Below, piece after piece: positions 23,208-37,864 of a DNA stretch of 64,000 nucleotides. Each line of letters starts with the position of its first letter. Within the stretch, counting starts at the first letter, position 1. The DNA is from Pristiophorus japonicus (Eukaryota). The stretch is from the NCBI RefSeq assembly GCF_044704955.1, contig NC_091992.1:82646001-82710000 (forward strand), in the 5' to 3' direction. The position numbers and the translations under genes were made by a program. The notes beneath the pieces are model-generated. The model did no database searches, had not been told where the DNA came from, and saw only the letters and a program-made list of their open reading frames with translations.

Positions 23208-26200
23208 ATGGAGTCAGGACAGGACCAGGCGGATGGGTTACATAACAGAAAGGATGACTTAATTAATTTCAGCATCCCTGTGGATTATTCCGTTGATTGC
23301 ACAAGAAATGAAAGAGAAGAGCTACAGGAAAACGACCCTTTAGAACTATTGCATAGTGGGACCATGGATACCCAGTACAGCTTGTGTACTAAAAACGCAG
23401 CTGGTGACCTGGAGACCAACACTGGGCCGACTGTACCTCAGACTGACCTGGTGCACCTGGACGATGCCATCTCAAGTACCACAGTCACTGTCTCTTATGT
23501 CAATCGGCCTCACCTGTTCTCTTCCCAACGGATATTGCAGCATTCCTTGCATGAGCAACCATTGCCATCGCTCTTTATTCCATCTGTTTGTATGCAGTCA
23601 CAGCAGATGTTGCCAGCCTCATTTGATTCATCCATACCTGCTGATTTTGTTGACTCATCATTTGAGAACTCCGTGTTGGCACAGCCTGGTGATTTGGACT
23701 CTATTAGAAGAGGCCTTGAAAATGGAATTGACTGTAGCATTGTGAGCCAGCACAGATTGCAGGTGCTGGACTTAGATTTACCAATAGTTGCTTCTCCTGT
23801 CCATGAACCTGGATCATGTGTTAGGCCACTCGAACCGACATTAGACACTGCAGAGGAAACCTTATATGAAATATCTAGTGCTTCATTTGATGTGGAAATG
23901 CATGACTCTGTGTGCCAGTTTTCTGAAGTAATGCATCAGGAAAGTGAGTGGAGTGATATTGTAAGTCCTGCTGAAACTGTAGTTCAAAACTCTGAAGTGC
24001 TTGTAATAAAACTGACTGGGTCTTCATCGCCAGAGAGCAGACCAAACAACAAGGAACAGTGTGAAAGCAAAAACCTGCTGGGCAGGATGGACCACTGTGA
24101 AACACAAAATGGTACTGGTGTCTTCACTAAAAGCTTAAGTAGCCAGTATACGGAGAGGAAGCTTCAGTCTGTGTGTGACTTAAACAGGAATTACAAAGAC
24201 CAGGCCACAATGACAATAAAAACAGAAAATACCATTGACTTTTTAGAGGCAGCAGTACCAGCTGAATCTGAGGAAAGCCTGAGTGAGGACACTTTTGGAC
24301 AAACATGTCCAAAAGACTTAACAGAAGGGGAGCATAATGTTTCACCAGCTTGTGATAGAAGTAGAGCATCTACAAATTCCATACAACCGTCACAAAGTTT
24401 AATAAATCCAGATGGTTACCAGGGGGCATACACGGAAAGTGTCGGGACCAACATGTCATCAAGTTACAAAGTAGCCCCCAATGCATGTGACCTGCTGCAG
24501 GATTCAGAAGGGAGACGCACTCCAAGTAACATTGCAGTCCTTCAGCATATGCAAAAAACTGATATATTATCACTGCAGGGTACAGAAACTGAAGAGTGGT
24601 CACATGACCCAGAAGTAGCTTTAACATCTGTCCTAAAGAACGAGAAAATGCATTGTTCAGGGTGGGATGCTAAAGGCACCCAAAATAACAGTTCAGTGAA
24701 GGTCAGTTGCAAGTCAGAAGATACCTGTAGTATGGTTTTTCCATGCAGTGGAGATCTGACACCAAATATCCAAGTAACCGAACAGTCTCTGAGTAATGAA
24801 AATAGCTGCAGGGAAGCCCGAAAACAAATTTCTACTCGTGATGCAACCAGACCGAATTTGAAGGAGATCCCTGACTCGGTGCAGGTAGTTAACGATGTGT
24901 GTGAAAACAGCAGAGGTTCAGCTTCATTCAGCAATCAAACGTTTCCTTCCTTGCAGAAGCCATCAGCTACAGAGAGTAACCATCCCAGGATAAAGCCTTG
25001 CTCTCTTGAATTGCATAAACTAAACGTTCTTGAAACGGAGGGGAAATGTGACGTTCGAGGATATGTGTTAGACCTGAAAAGAAATAATGTTGCATCGATG
25101 TCTTGCAGCATTTCTATGAGTCTCTCTCTAGCCAAGTCTGGCAAAAGCGTTGATCATGGAGAGGAGGCAGAGCCTGGTGAGAACTGTGATGGAAATGATG
25201 ACCAGAGCCCCAGTAGTGACAATGTATGCAAAGTTTTGTCTGTCCAGGCAGGGCCACAAATCCCTAACCGGAGAAAGCAGACCTTGGTGGCCAAGTACGA
25301 AGACAGTGAGGTAGTCTGCATCTCTGACGAGGAGATTGTTAGCTGTCCGGTTGCAAAAACTGATGTGCACCAGGACCGAGCTCCAGCTCAGGAGAATAAG
25401 AAACGGAGGACGCCATGTCATCAACACGCGAATCAGAAGAAGTTTGAAGATAGACCGCTCCAAAATGACAGCAGCACTAAGCCCAAGCATTTTGAAAGGA
25501 AGATTCTTCCGCCAAGGCAAAGGGGAATGAGGCTGGAGCAGATCGTGCAAAATATGGTAGCACAGCCCAAGTCAAGAACTCCGAGCGGACTCAGTGAGAG
25601 ACTGAGAAGAAGCAAGGATACACCAACTCCTACTCCCACCAGGTTTCAACCACCAAGGCGCAAATCATCCAGCTCTGTTGCAGAACAGAAGTCCAAGGGC
25701 AGTACTGGGCTCTCTCCTTATGTCCGGGATTCCTCACAAAAAACAATGACTTCGGAATGTAAAATGCAAGAACAGAAAGAAGCAGGCACAATAGCTGCAG
25801 AGAAACCGAACACAAATAAATCTACCTCAATTTCAGGCTCTTGCCATGAACATGCAACAAAACTGAGCACTCCTGTTTCCCCTGCCAAGTCTTTCTGCGG
25901 CACCTCTTCGTCTTCAAAGCAGTTGGTCGAGATCTCCCGGGAGGTGCATACTTCGGGCAGTAAGCAAACGTTCAGCGACCCTGGCCTCAAATGTCTAAAC
26001 GGGAACAGAAGGAAGCAGGCAGCAAATACTAAGAATGCCACGCAGCCGAGGAGGGGGGGCACGGCCAGGAAGAAAATACGGAAACCGGCGGGTAAAAAGC
26101 GGCAGACACAGCGGGGACAGGCCTCGTCATTCTTTGCACCCGAAGAGCCAGAGATAAAACTAAGAGCATTGACTCTTAAGGCCGAGGACCGACGAGATAG

Positions 26201-26867
26201 ATACGATAGTTTTACACCATACGTTCGGGTAGAGGCAAAGGGTTATTCAATGTGTACTGTAGTAAACTATTCTGAAGAGGATAATAACAATCTCAAGCGA
26301 AAGAAACATTCCCAGCGGCAGTCACATGGTGCCGTTCCAAAATCATCTTGCTTGACATTGGGCCCTACAATTAATGAGGCCACTCACAAAAGCTTTCTAG
26401 TCTGCTGTCTTTGCGGCCAGTCTGCAAATGCTATGGAGCAAGGTGATCTTTTTGGACCTTTCTATCCTGGAGGATATACACCTTCAAGTAACCAAACTGC
26501 CCGGTCAAAAGAGGCCAAGATCGAGCAAGCTAGCACCGTTGTCTCCAGCCCTAATTGTACTTCCATTAGGAATGCAGTAAATAAAACTCCAGGACAAAAT
26601 CAGGAATTGAGAACGAGGGAAGGGGCAACAACCCGTGGCCAGAAGCGCAGAAGTTTGGACGGTGTTGAAGAGGCCACGAAATATTCCGATAATAAGAAGC
26701 CGAGGAGTGAGCCATCTTTAGAAGAGTGGTACCAACCCCCATTGGTCCCAATGGACACTAATGAATACTGGATGCATGAAGACTGTGTGACGTGGTGTGC
26801 TGGTGTATTTCTTGTAAGAGGAAAGCTATATGGTTTGCTGGAGGCTATCAATGTTGCACAGGAGACG
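23208..26867 (+). CDS. First, very large coding exon of a RAI1/TCF20-family extended-PHD (ePHD) chromatin-binding protein
   Basis: 1220 uninterrupted codons from GTAATGG (strong Kozak context; in-frame TGA upstream at 23187). Acceptor tttctctcaag at 23178 and donor ACG|GTAAGT after 26867 (phase 0). Family motifs: LPPRQRGMRLEQIVQ (cf. RGLKLEAIVQKI), EPEIKL, FTPYVRV, CCLCG..GDLFGPFYP, EYWMHEDCVTWCAGVFLVRGKLYGL. Confidence 0.92.
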
Positions 26868-29519
26868 GTAAGTAAGACGAGGAATTGTAGTGTATTGTAC
26901 AGGCATTAATCACATTTTCATTGCGGAACATGTAAACCTTATAAATCCTGAGCTTTTGATCTTTAGTGAGGGTGAATAAATGGTCATTTGTTAGGATTTC
27001 AGACTTTCAGAAATGAGCAAGGAGAGGAAAATTACATGTTAACAATCTCTTATTTTCACTTTAATAATTTCAACAGTGCAGGTGGAAATAAGGGTATTTT
27101 TTCTTTTAAAGTTGGGTTTGATTAAAAAGTAGAGCGATCCCAGATCTCCGAACCGTTAATCACCTTGTGTCATAAGATCGAAGGAGGTGTGCTGCAGAGG
27201 TCCAGTAAACTTACATAGCTTGGTTTGCAATTTCCAGTAAGGGAGCTTGGGAAAGGAAAAGAAGACGAACCTGTGGATAACATATAAGTTTCACTTGTAC
27301 ACTAAAATTGGCTAACCCACTTTCAACAACACGGTAGCGTAGTGTGTCGGTACTTAAATGAGAATTTTAAGAAAACCGTGGTTTCAGTTTGGGGCGGGGA
27401 AACTTCCTTTTTGAAATCTCTTTGCCCATTCTACTAGAGCAAATTAAACAAGGTGCAGCTGCATGTTCCCAGTTCCTCACACCCTGACCCCTGGCTGCGC
27501 ATTGTCTTGGGACAGGCTTTGTACGTTTGTTTTACACTCCGATTTCTTGCTGTTCCTGATTCTGAATGCCGAGACCCATGCTGACCCATTGCATTACCCA
27601 GTCCGCCTCCATTTGTTTCTTCCTATAATTTCTCCCATATTCCGTCCCATGCCCAGCTGATTCCAGCCATCTCCCCCATAACTTGCTGCATGGTAATACG
27701 CAAGAACAAGCTGGGTGATTCTCACTTCCACATGCCTGCCCATTACTCCTTGACAGATCTGACGTTGTCTAAATTTGTGCCATCCTGTTTCAATCTACTG
27801 CAGGTGACTAATATTAGCACTAAATATTAACTTAAAATGAATACATTTATTCTGTGAAAGCCTAAAATGGACAGTGTTTGGTACTGCTGAAATACGCAAA
27901 ACTGAATGCTCATTTAAGGTGAGATTATTGCCCAAGAGGTGCATATAGGCGCTGCGTTTTAGGACGAAGCTTATCTTGCATCACATTGTACAATTTTGCA
28001 ATGCAGCTTTTAGTTTAATAGAGTGTAACCATATTGTTACAAACCTTATTTTAAGATTTAGTTATAACAGTTGCTCCTGGTTCTAGTAAGAATTTGATTA
28101 TAGTTAGTACAGGAGCTCAGAACCCGATACGCGGGACACGTGATTAGACTTTGGCAGTCCCACAAGGTTGTTGTAATGAGGCTTGACTGTATTCACTTCT
28201 GTGTCATTGTAATTAAACACAGCCACTAGATCAAATTTATCTCCATTATAGGATTACTGAAGTGCATTTTCAGCAGTCCAGAGGTTAAGTTAGATACATT
28301 TTTTTAACACTTGCATTTTTGATTAGTTAACAAAAGAAATCCTGTGACTCTTGCCATCCTTTCATTTGGATTGCAGAATTTCCTATTCATCATTCTGAGG
28401 ACTTGCATTTCATATGGGCAACAAAGAGTTTGATTTCTAAGGTCTATGACCCACATATGATGAGGGCAGTACATCAGGCTTGTGACTGATCACCCTAATA
28501 GACCAGTAGCAAAATGTATTTTGTGCATATAGCTCTAACCTGCCTTCCAAAATGCTGTTTCACTGATCTGCCCTTGGATATCTCTGATGTTTTATTCCCT
28601 CGTGTTATATCAGTATATGCTCTTAATATTTCCTTTTCAGTGTGGGGTTATTTTCATATCTTCACATTCTTAACAGCCCAGCACGTGAGTGCTCCTGTCA
28701 CGGTGGTAGCCATCTTTATACCGGTCCATAGAGTGGTTAGTCCTAAATGCAGGGAGGGCTCTATGGGGTCCCACGTCCCATATGCGAGGGGGGCCCACTG
28801 AGCCAAAGATTCGCTCCAGTGTATGGTGAGTCACAGCCTCTACAGTTGGTCACCTCTGCATCTTGATTTGGTCTCTGCACATTCCACACTCCTCTTCTCT
28901 GCTGCCCCTTTTGCTCTTTCCAATTTCTCTCTGCATGTTTTTACAATCGCTTGCTTCTCAGCTCTTCCGCAACCCCCCCCAGCCCCTTGCTGCAGAGCTG
29001 AGCTTTTTCACTTTCTCCGCAGAGCCGCCTTTTAGTTTCTGATGGTGATGTATGTTTGCTCTTCTCAATTTAAATGTACAGTAATTAATTTTTATGCATC
29101 ACATAATTCAAGATGTATTCGCTGCCCTGTCACAGCACATCCATCATTGAAGCCATCTTGGTAACAGGTTACATTGAATTTTGGTGATTTTGTTTTGGCA
29201 AAATGGCCTCTTCTCCTCAAACTCTGAAGCAGTTTGTCATATTAATTCAAATAGAAAGCAAAACCAAATGGATTAAAATACAATTTTATAGATGTTTTTT
29301 CCTTGAGCCTCTGTGAAGTGCTTTGAAATGTTCTTTTTACATTAAAGGCACAATATAAATTCAAGTTTTATTTCTATTTAAAATCTATATGGCTAATAAT
29401 TCTAATGTAGCATGTAGCTATAACGTAAGATGAAGAGTAAACCAGTTGAGTGAAATCAAAGTGAACACAGCCAAGCTTTATCACTGCAATCTCATGTGGA
29501 CTGATAGAGACATTTTAGC

Positions 29520-29945
29520 CCCTCCTTTTCCTACCAGTTTTCTCTCTCTGACCTCTGCTGACCTGAAGGCAGTGACTCTTGCTGAGGCAGGGCTCTTATG
29601 GATTCTGGTAGCCGTCGGGTGACTAGTCCACATGGTCATTCTGCCTATGTGAGCCTCGGTACTTCAATGAGCATCAGCAGGCTATTGAAATGTGGAGGGC
29701 TTCACATCTGAGTTTGATCCTATTGTTACCCAAGATCTGCACATCCCAAAGGCGACACTGGATAACCATGACCAGGAACCCTAGCCAGTTTTTTTTTCTT
29801 TTCGTCCTCCCTAAATCTTGGTCCTGAAACCTGAACTATGGTGTGCCTACTACCACTATCCCATCTGAGATCAGATAACGCAGCACGGACAAAGGAATGA
29901 GCCTGGCTCCTTCATAATCTGAATGGCTCAGTGTTTACTGTGCTA
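29520..29945 (-). mobile_element. Ancient tRNA-derived SINE-like repeat
   Basis: Similar to 7280-7535 and 59940-60130; minus-strand head cactgagcca...ccaggctcattcc resembles a decayed tRNA-like head. Confidence 0.45.
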
Positions 29946-30229
29946 ACTACGTAAGCCGTCAGGATGAATGACTGAGTGCTTGTGAATCAGGAGTGTGGAG
30001 GTATGCAAGGAAGCACATGCCATTTAGTATACTGAGGCTGTTGCACAGCTCACGTGCAATATACTCAAATCTGCTGAATGTCCTGTAAAAATGCTCTTTG
30101 GGTTCTTGTTTCCCCTGCCCAAAGGCAGTTGAACAGTACTTCAGAATATCAGTCTCAACTTCCATCCTACGTTATTTAATCCTTGGCCACTTTCCTACCT
30201 TTCCAGCAACCCAGGAGCTATCATGCTCC

Positions 30230-30830
30230 ATGTAGCATTTGATCGCATTGTTCTAACTCTCAATCCCACTCCTAACCAGATAGTCAACCAACCTTTTTTT
30301 TTGATTCCTCTAAGGTGCTAATCCTCTAAACTGTTTTAGCTGCTGTTCCATTCCACATATCTGTTACTCTGGGATAGGGAAAATAATTCTTCCTGATCCT
30401 AAATCTTGCTTGAGGCTTGTTAATTTTGTACCCATGTCAACGTTAAATAGCCTACCTACATCTACATTATTCATTCCTCCCAGCATTTTAAAGATTTGGA
30501 TTATATTTTCTATCAGTTTTCGTTAAGGACCAGCAACCTTTTTCAGTTGCAATTGCGTAATCATTTTGGTCCCTGAAAGAGTTGTTTTTGATCCTAATGC
30601 AGGATTAAAGGTAAACCCGAAATGGATCTGACAAGAAAATGTTTCCTTCTCCGTAGGAAGGACCCAGAGGGTAAAACCTTCAGAGAGACAAAAGAGCCCA
30701 ACCACAGTGTGTTTAACTCTTGCATCTTTATCAGAAACACGATGTGGTTTATAGCAAACAGCCCCAACAGCCCAGCAAAGAGTATTGCTGTACGCAGTGC
30801 TCCAAACCATCAGCAGAATTAACTACTGCA
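30230..30830 (-). mobile_element. Old, heavily decayed CR1-like RT 3' fragment
   Basis: Minus-strand remnant ttggagcactgcgtacag (LEHCVQ, cf. LEYCVQ) and FKML-like remnants. Confidence 0.4.
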
Positions 30831-32374
30831 GTCGTAGCCCGGGAGCTTGTTGTGGCAGGCCTTCAATTGCTTCGCGTCACCTAGCTGCCTCCTGGAATTG
30901 CTGCTTTTTAAAAAAAAAACCAGCATATTACATGTTTATATTTAGGGACGTTGTAATTAAACATTTTAGTCTCTGAAAAAGGCTGACTTGAAATAGCCTG
31001 GAGCTTTTGATTTACTTTTTTGGCAAATTTATGTTTTCATTTTGAATTTCGAAATGAACCTGAAAATGAACATTGACGCCAACGTGGCTGCACTTCAAGG
31101 AGATTACATTATTCCCATGTTGTCTGCACTAGCATCGAAACTGTACAGGGTCTGAAGCCAGTTGAATTATTTAGAGAGCAATTGATTTAAAAGCAAATTA
31201 AGCTACCCGGGAGGGTATTGCTCCTGTAGATAGATTTACCCCAACAGTAATATTCCAGTTTAGACAATAGCTACATTTATTCCTTGTTACTTTAAATCTT
31301 CACAAAGATACTAATATTTTTTTCTCACTTCACTTTAGTATGCATGGTTCTCCCAGTCGACTGCCTGGGCACTCGACCTGCTGTGGGCCTCTGTCGAAGA
31401 TGTTTTTAGTTGCTGCCAGGCGTTTTGTGAAAGCTGTCTGGAGTGATTTCCCCCCCCCCCCCCTCCTTTATGTGTGGTGCCTTCCCTCCCCTGGAGAATT
31501 CTGGCCTTTGTTCAATGCCTATCAATGACAATGCGGCAAAGCTCATTGTTTTAGGAATTGTGGATTTAAAACTGCCTGTTATCAATCCGTGGCATAGTGC
31601 GTTGGAACATTGAGCCACAATTATGATTTCTTGATCTCAAATCTTAGAATATTTCACCTACAGAGACATATTTAAATATTCCTACAAAAAGATGAAATGC
31701 CACCGTCCTGAGCATTTCTTTGACCAAAGTGTGCTTATTCCACTGCAGTGGTGTCATGTGTAATTGACCTGATGTTTTTGTGAAGTGATTAATTCAATGT
31801 CATGTGGGTTGGGAAACAAAACTGTTTGTCGAGCACTTTTGCTTGAAGGTGGTGCCCCTTTAAGTTTGCAGACTAAACATAATTCATAAACATGAGTAGT
31901 CTTCATATCAGACCTGCTGCCACATTGCTGACTGCCACTTCCCAATGCTTTCTAGCATTCATTCATCATTCTTTTGTGATCTCACTTCTTTCTTCTCCCC
32001 TGCTATGTTTATCTGAATTGAATTTTTTTACATTGCAGCTTCTGCTGTTGTACATAAAGCACATTCTATGTCGTGTGTATTTTCCACTGACTTCACCAAA
32101 TTTTTAAAAACTCAATCTTCGTTTTAAATATAAATGCGGTGACTTCATTTGATGCACAGAGCTGGCTGGGTGAGAGAGATTCTCTGTTTCTTACTCAACT
32201 AAGCAAAATAGACCACTTATCTCTGTTTCCTGTATGCCTTGTTCTTGACAACCAAATATTCCAAGTAATTTAACAGGAAAATTTAGTTTAACATGCCACT
32301 TTAATGTCCCCTTGACTCAAAATAGGATAACATCTAGGATTGTTTACTGTGTGTTTTTTTAAATTAAAGTCCTA

Positions 32375-33068
32375 GGCCCCGAAATTGCGCACCGGAGCGG
32401 TACCAGCCGCGAGTTCCTGTGCCAGCTGCGAAAGTCCTGCCCCGCGACCCAAATTCAGGTTACCGCTCCAGAGAGCAAGTGGAGCACAAAATATCGCGCT
32501 CCACTTGCTCAGTGGGGAGGGAGTGGGGCAGAAAGACACCGCGAAGGGCGCAGCGTTTTGCGGTGGGACGGGTAATGCTGCCGCATGTGCAGGGCCCCCC
32601 CCCATCTTCATTAAAGGGGAAGGCCAAGCTGCTGACTCTGCGGGCGGGAAACGGGGCCATCACTGGATCACCACGGAGTGGGGTGCCATGACTGCAAGGT
32701 TGTGGCATGGACCCAGCAATCAAGGACAAAGAAGGCCGCGACTGGTAAGTCGGCCAATTTTTCCTTTACTTTCCCAACCTCCCCTTTAATTATCGCCTGT
32801 GAGCAACCTACAGCCTAGGCTTCAAGGGGATATAGACATGACCCCCTGAAGCTGTTGCGGCTTCAGGTGACGCGACTGAATTTTTGCTCCGGGGTGACAA
32901 TGGGTCGCTGCGCACGGTGATGATGCCATTGCCGCAGAGCAGGGCGCTACTGATTGCCGCTGCTAAAGTCGCATGGAGTTTTGCTGGAGTCGGTAACAGT
33001 GCTGCATCCCGGTGAAAAGTAGTTTACAACTAGTTACGGGAGGCGCAATCAGCCCGAATTTCTCCCCC
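32375..33068. mobile_element. GC-rich non-autonomous Harbinger-like element (MITE)
   Basis: Sharp-edged CpG-rich block with imperfect inverted ends GGCCCCGAAATTG / GGGGGAGAAATTC, resembling the TIR of 59136-63107; no clean TSD. Confidence 0.55.
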
Positions 33069-33164
33069 TTTGTTTTTGGTTTGAATATTTTGTGTTACAG
33101 TGCATTTGTGGGGAATGCAGCAGACTTTTACTCTGCATCGACCTTGCAATGTACCTGCTTAGCC

Positions 33165-35362
33165 ATCACCAATTCTCTCCGCATCCCCTTGCAGAATGTT
33201 CATTGCTTGCGAACATGGCCCTTGTCATCCATGAACTTATCGTGGATGATTGCATCGACATCATGGCCTAGACGGAAACTTAGCTGAGGGACGATGACGC
33301 CTTACCTTTAAACAATGTCTCCCTGCCTGGCTGTACCTTCCACCACACTGAGATGGCAGTGTGGCTCTCATCACCAAATCATACCTTGGTCTGTACTCCT
33401 ACTCCTCCGGCATTTTCTGCTCCTTTGAACATCTCGCCTTATTTCACCCCTCACATTTAAAATTCTTGTTCTCTGCTGCTCACCGAAGTATGATAAAAAT
33501 TTTAGCACCGTGATATCTTCACTGCTTTTCTCCCTTGGCCTCTGCTCTGAGCGACTTTTCATCCTCGGTGATTTCAATCTCCATCTCAATTCATCATGCT
33601 CTCTCTCATCTGAGCTCACTACCCTCCTATCCTCCCATAATCTCTAATCTCTCCCTCCATTTGAACTCCCCAACCCATATTCACAGCCACCCCCTTGACT
33701 TTGCCATCTCTCTTGACCTCGCTATTCCTACCGTGTCACTTGCAGATAAGGCTATCCCTGACCATTTCCTTGTATCGCTCTCCACCCACATCCCGCTCTC
33801 CACCCACATCCCCCTCCCCCCACCCGACCCTACTTCCTTCTGCGTCCGCCCCTGGAAAAAAAACTCTCCAAACTCTCTTACAACTGCACTTATCAACTCC
33901 AACCTGTCCAGCCTTTGGCCCTCCATTCCATTCACCATGACATTTCTACAGCCACCTACTTCTCCAGGACACCCTCACCACCACTTTTGATGCCCTAGTC
34001 CCTATTAAAACCATTACTATCTCTCATCCTGGCCATTCCCCCTGGTATGGGCCTCATCTTCGCTCCCTCAAGTCCAAGGGGCGCAGACTTGGATGGATGT
34101 GGAGGACAACTGGTTTAGCCATTCACCGTTTTCAACCTGTCTGCAGCCTTTGACACGGTTGACCACTCCATCCTCTTCCAACTCCTCTCCACCATTGTCC
34201 AGCTGGGTGTCAGACTGCACTCGTCTGGTTCCATTCTTAACTTTCTAATAGCCAGAAAATAAACCTGCAAGGGCTTCTCTTCCCACTCTCGCATCGTTAC
34301 CTCTGGAGTCCCCAAGGATCTATCCTTGGCCCCCTCTTATTTTTCATCTAAATGCTGCCTCTTGGCGACATCATCCGAAAACACAGCGTCAGTTTCCACA
34401 TGTACTCTGACGACACCCAGCTCTACTTCACCACCACTTCTCTCCACCCCTCCACGGTCTGTAAATTGTCAGAATGCTTGTCTGACATCCAGCACTGGAT
34501 GAGCAGAAATTTTCTCCAATTAAATATTGGGAAGACCGAGCCATTGTCTTTGGTCCCTGCCGCAAACTGCATTCCCTGGCCACTGACTCTATCCCTCTCC
34601 TTAGCATCTGTCTGAGGCTGAACCAGATTGTTCGCAACCTAGGTGTCATATTTGACCCTGAAATGAGCTTCCGGCCACTTATCCGCTGCATAACTAAAAT
34701 CGCCGATTTCCACCTCCGTAACATCGCGGGTCTCCGCCCCTTGCCTCAGCTCATCTGCTGCTGAAACCCTCATCCATGTCTTTGTTACCTCTAGACTTGA
34801 CTTCTCCAATGCACTCCTGGCTGGCCTCCCACATTCTACCCTATGTAAACTTGAGGCCATCCAAAACTCGACCGCCCGTGTCCTAACTCGCACCAAGTCC
34901 CGTTCACCCATCACCCCTGTACTCACTAACCTACATTGCTCCTGGTTAAACAATGTCTTGATTTCAAAATTCTCATCCTTGTTTACAAATCCTTCCACGG
35001 CCTCGCCCCTCCCTAGCTCTGTAATCTACTTCAGCCTCACAACCCCCCGAGGTATCTGTGCTCCTCAAATTCTGCCCTTTTGAGCATCCCTGATTATAAT
35101 CGCTCAACCATCGGTGGCCGTGCCTTCAGCTGTTTGGGACCGAAGCTCTGGAACTCCCTGCCTAAACCTCTCCGCCTCGCTACCTCTTCTTTCCTCCTCA
35201 AGAAGCTTCTTAAAACCTACCTCTTTGACCAAGCGGCTGGTCACTGCCATAATTACTTCTAATGTGACTTGGTGTCAAATCTTTTTTGTCTTGTTAACAC
35301 TCCTGTGAAGTGCTTTGGGACGTTTTGCTCCGTAAAGGCGCTATATAAATGCAAGTTGTTGA
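33165..35362 (+). mobile_element. L2 LINE, decayed with internal deletion (endonuclease + RT + tail)
   Basis: Endonuclease remnants (ILGDFNLHLN, PDHFLV), RT FHMYSDDTQLY, FVTSRLD, tail aaggcgctatataaatgcaagttgttg. Confidence 0.88.
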
Positions 35363-37864
35363 TCTGGGTGCATTTGATAGGTCGCAAGGGAAACCTTTCA
35401 TAGTTTGTGGATTTTCCTGGATGGAGAGGTTGTATTCCATACTTCTCCCATCTTATAATCTGCAGGCTTTTAAAACTCTAGCTTGGGGATCACCTAATCA
35501 CTACTTTGTGATTTACCTCGGTTTCCTTCCTATTCTTTTCGGTCTTGACGTCTCTGGTTGTGAGTTGGGTATTCCACTGTTAACCATTTGTGTATCCTCC
35601 ACGTTCCCCTCCAAGTCTCACAATTTACACAACAATGAACACAACATTCTTCCTCTAATTATGAGTACTAGATGTATGCATGCTTGTGCCATATAAGACT
35701 AGTCAGTCTCCACTGGCAGGTAAGACTGAGTGTACTATTAAGTTGCAGTGGAGTTGGAGGCACTAGTCCCTCCAATTTGTTTTCCTGCACGGGCCCTTTA
35801 AATTTGCTGTCCGGTATCCCTTCCAACAGCAGTAGCTGCTGAGCAGCCCTGCGCAGGACCTCGCGATTGATGCGTGGCCATGCGCCTTCGGGGGAACATT
35901 GGTTAGTGCATGGGCGATAATTGGGGCAGGACGTACAGACCCTATTCAGTCCCCACTTTGGAATCCCATTTTGAAGTTCTACATGCCATTCTTATATTTG
36001 TATTTCCATTCTGCTATCCACGTTTAAAATGGCAACTGCCAATGTAAGCTATTCATTCTGTAATTACACCCATCCTCCAGTGGTAGTACCGTACTTCGGC
36101 ACAGCCAACAAAGGGGGGGGGGGGGGCGGGGGGTTAATTATAAACGGGAAGTTTACATAGGCCATTTAAATTATAATAAATTAAAAAACATTTTTTCATT
36201 ACAGCAATCTTTTTAAAAGATATATATATATATATATATATAAGCAAGCAAATCATTTCACAGTAGGACCTACTGACCTGGAGCCTGAAATGTACAAGCG
36301 GCTACAATTGCCCACGAATTGATCTGAGTTTACAAGGAACTACAATATTTAGGGTTTGCCTTTTTATACCAGTTCCTCACACGGAGTACTTGAGCAGTGG
36401 ACTTAATGAAGCCGGCCAGGCTAAACACACCTGTGCTCCAGATCCTTGAGCCCCAGTGACCAATGCCACAGGAGGTTATTAATTCTTAAAGTGGGAATTG
36501 CAGATCTTGGTAAATTTTTATATCAATGTTGCGAAAACAAATGCTTGTAAACGATTTTAGGTAGAGGGCCTTGTTTCTTTTCTCTATTCTCTTCCATCTT
36601 CTCACTCCTTTGCTTTTACCACTGTCCTGTTTGCATGCTTCCTATTAAGCCTTCTGAACTGGCAGCGTTGGTAGTGAAGACTTGAAAGAAGAAACTGCTC
36701 CTTTACTCACTCTAAATAAAGAGCATCCTATAAATCCTCAGACAAGAGTGGCTTTAAAAGCCATATATGTGCCCTTCTTCCTTAGGCCCTCTTGCTGTTG
36801 GTAACTTAACTATTATCTAACATTCTGAGAACAAACCTAATGAGAGTGTCCTCTACTGAAATGGTGTGATTGACAGGAACTCCAGTCAACCAGTGTAGCA
36901 TTATACTGCTGCCAGGATCATTCCAATGAATAGACTACGAGGCCATGTGCCCCGGCAATCTGTCCCACATAGCCCAAGCAACTCCGTTCTATTTGTGCTT
37001 CAATTTTGTTACTTGCTGGTTAGCTGTTTGAATTTTATGTGCTTCCAGGTTTGAAAAAGGTTGCACCATTGTTGGAGAAATCCTAAATCAGAATATCAAT
37101 TGTCAATATCTCTGACTTGAGATAATGCGAATTAATAGGAACATTGTTTGAAACTTTGAGACTCCATGCGCCTAAGCAGCCCATGAAACAAAACGCTGTA
37201 AACCACACACTGCCCGTAGACACTAACATTCGTTTCATCTCCCTGTACATGTGTCCCTTGCTCAATTTGACTGCAGATTTTTATGGTTTCTCCCTTGTAT
37301 CTTTAGGGGATTAGGTGTGAAAGAGAAGTCAATATATTTCACCCCTTGGCGATAAGGAAATACACAAACTTTCCCCCATTTGTCTGAAACCATTGGCTTA
37401 TCCCTGACAACAGTAGGAAATATTTGTTGTATCCTCCAATATGATCTATTCATCAGTGTCTTGAGACTGAATCTGATAGTCAGCTGCAAATATTCACTCA
37501 TTTATTCCTTGATGATGCCAATTTGGTGTTTTTTTTAAAAAAAAAGTAACATTTGTCCTATCCATCCTCCCCCCTCCACACTTGCATTTCCCAGTACAGA
37601 AATGTTTGCAATTTCCGTCCACCTAGTCTTTGGTTTATTTTACTTTTCAAGTCAAATTTTTCTCAATATTTGGTCAGTCCCATGCGAGGGGGGCCCAGTT
37701 ATCTCCTGTCCCACATTGCGAGTGGCCACGTGACATTTGCAGTCCCATGTGATTGAACTGTTGTGTTTTTGTACAAGAATGATGCAGAATTTTCAGTTGA
37801 AATGCCCTTGGGGCTGCTGCTGAGAGTGAAGTAATTCATATTGGATAGTCTACCTCTACTACCT

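Noticed and set aside
26868-26909. Last 13 codons of the 1233-aa ORF (VSKTRNCSVLYRH*) as the true C-terminus
   Set aside because: A consensus GTAAGT donor follows 26867 and the PHD finger continues in frame in the 45482 exon, so these codons are intronic.
32372-33070. CpG-rich intronic block as an alternative promoter or small gene
   Set aside because: Bounded by Harbinger-like inverted ends; the overlapping ORFs have no recognisable domains.
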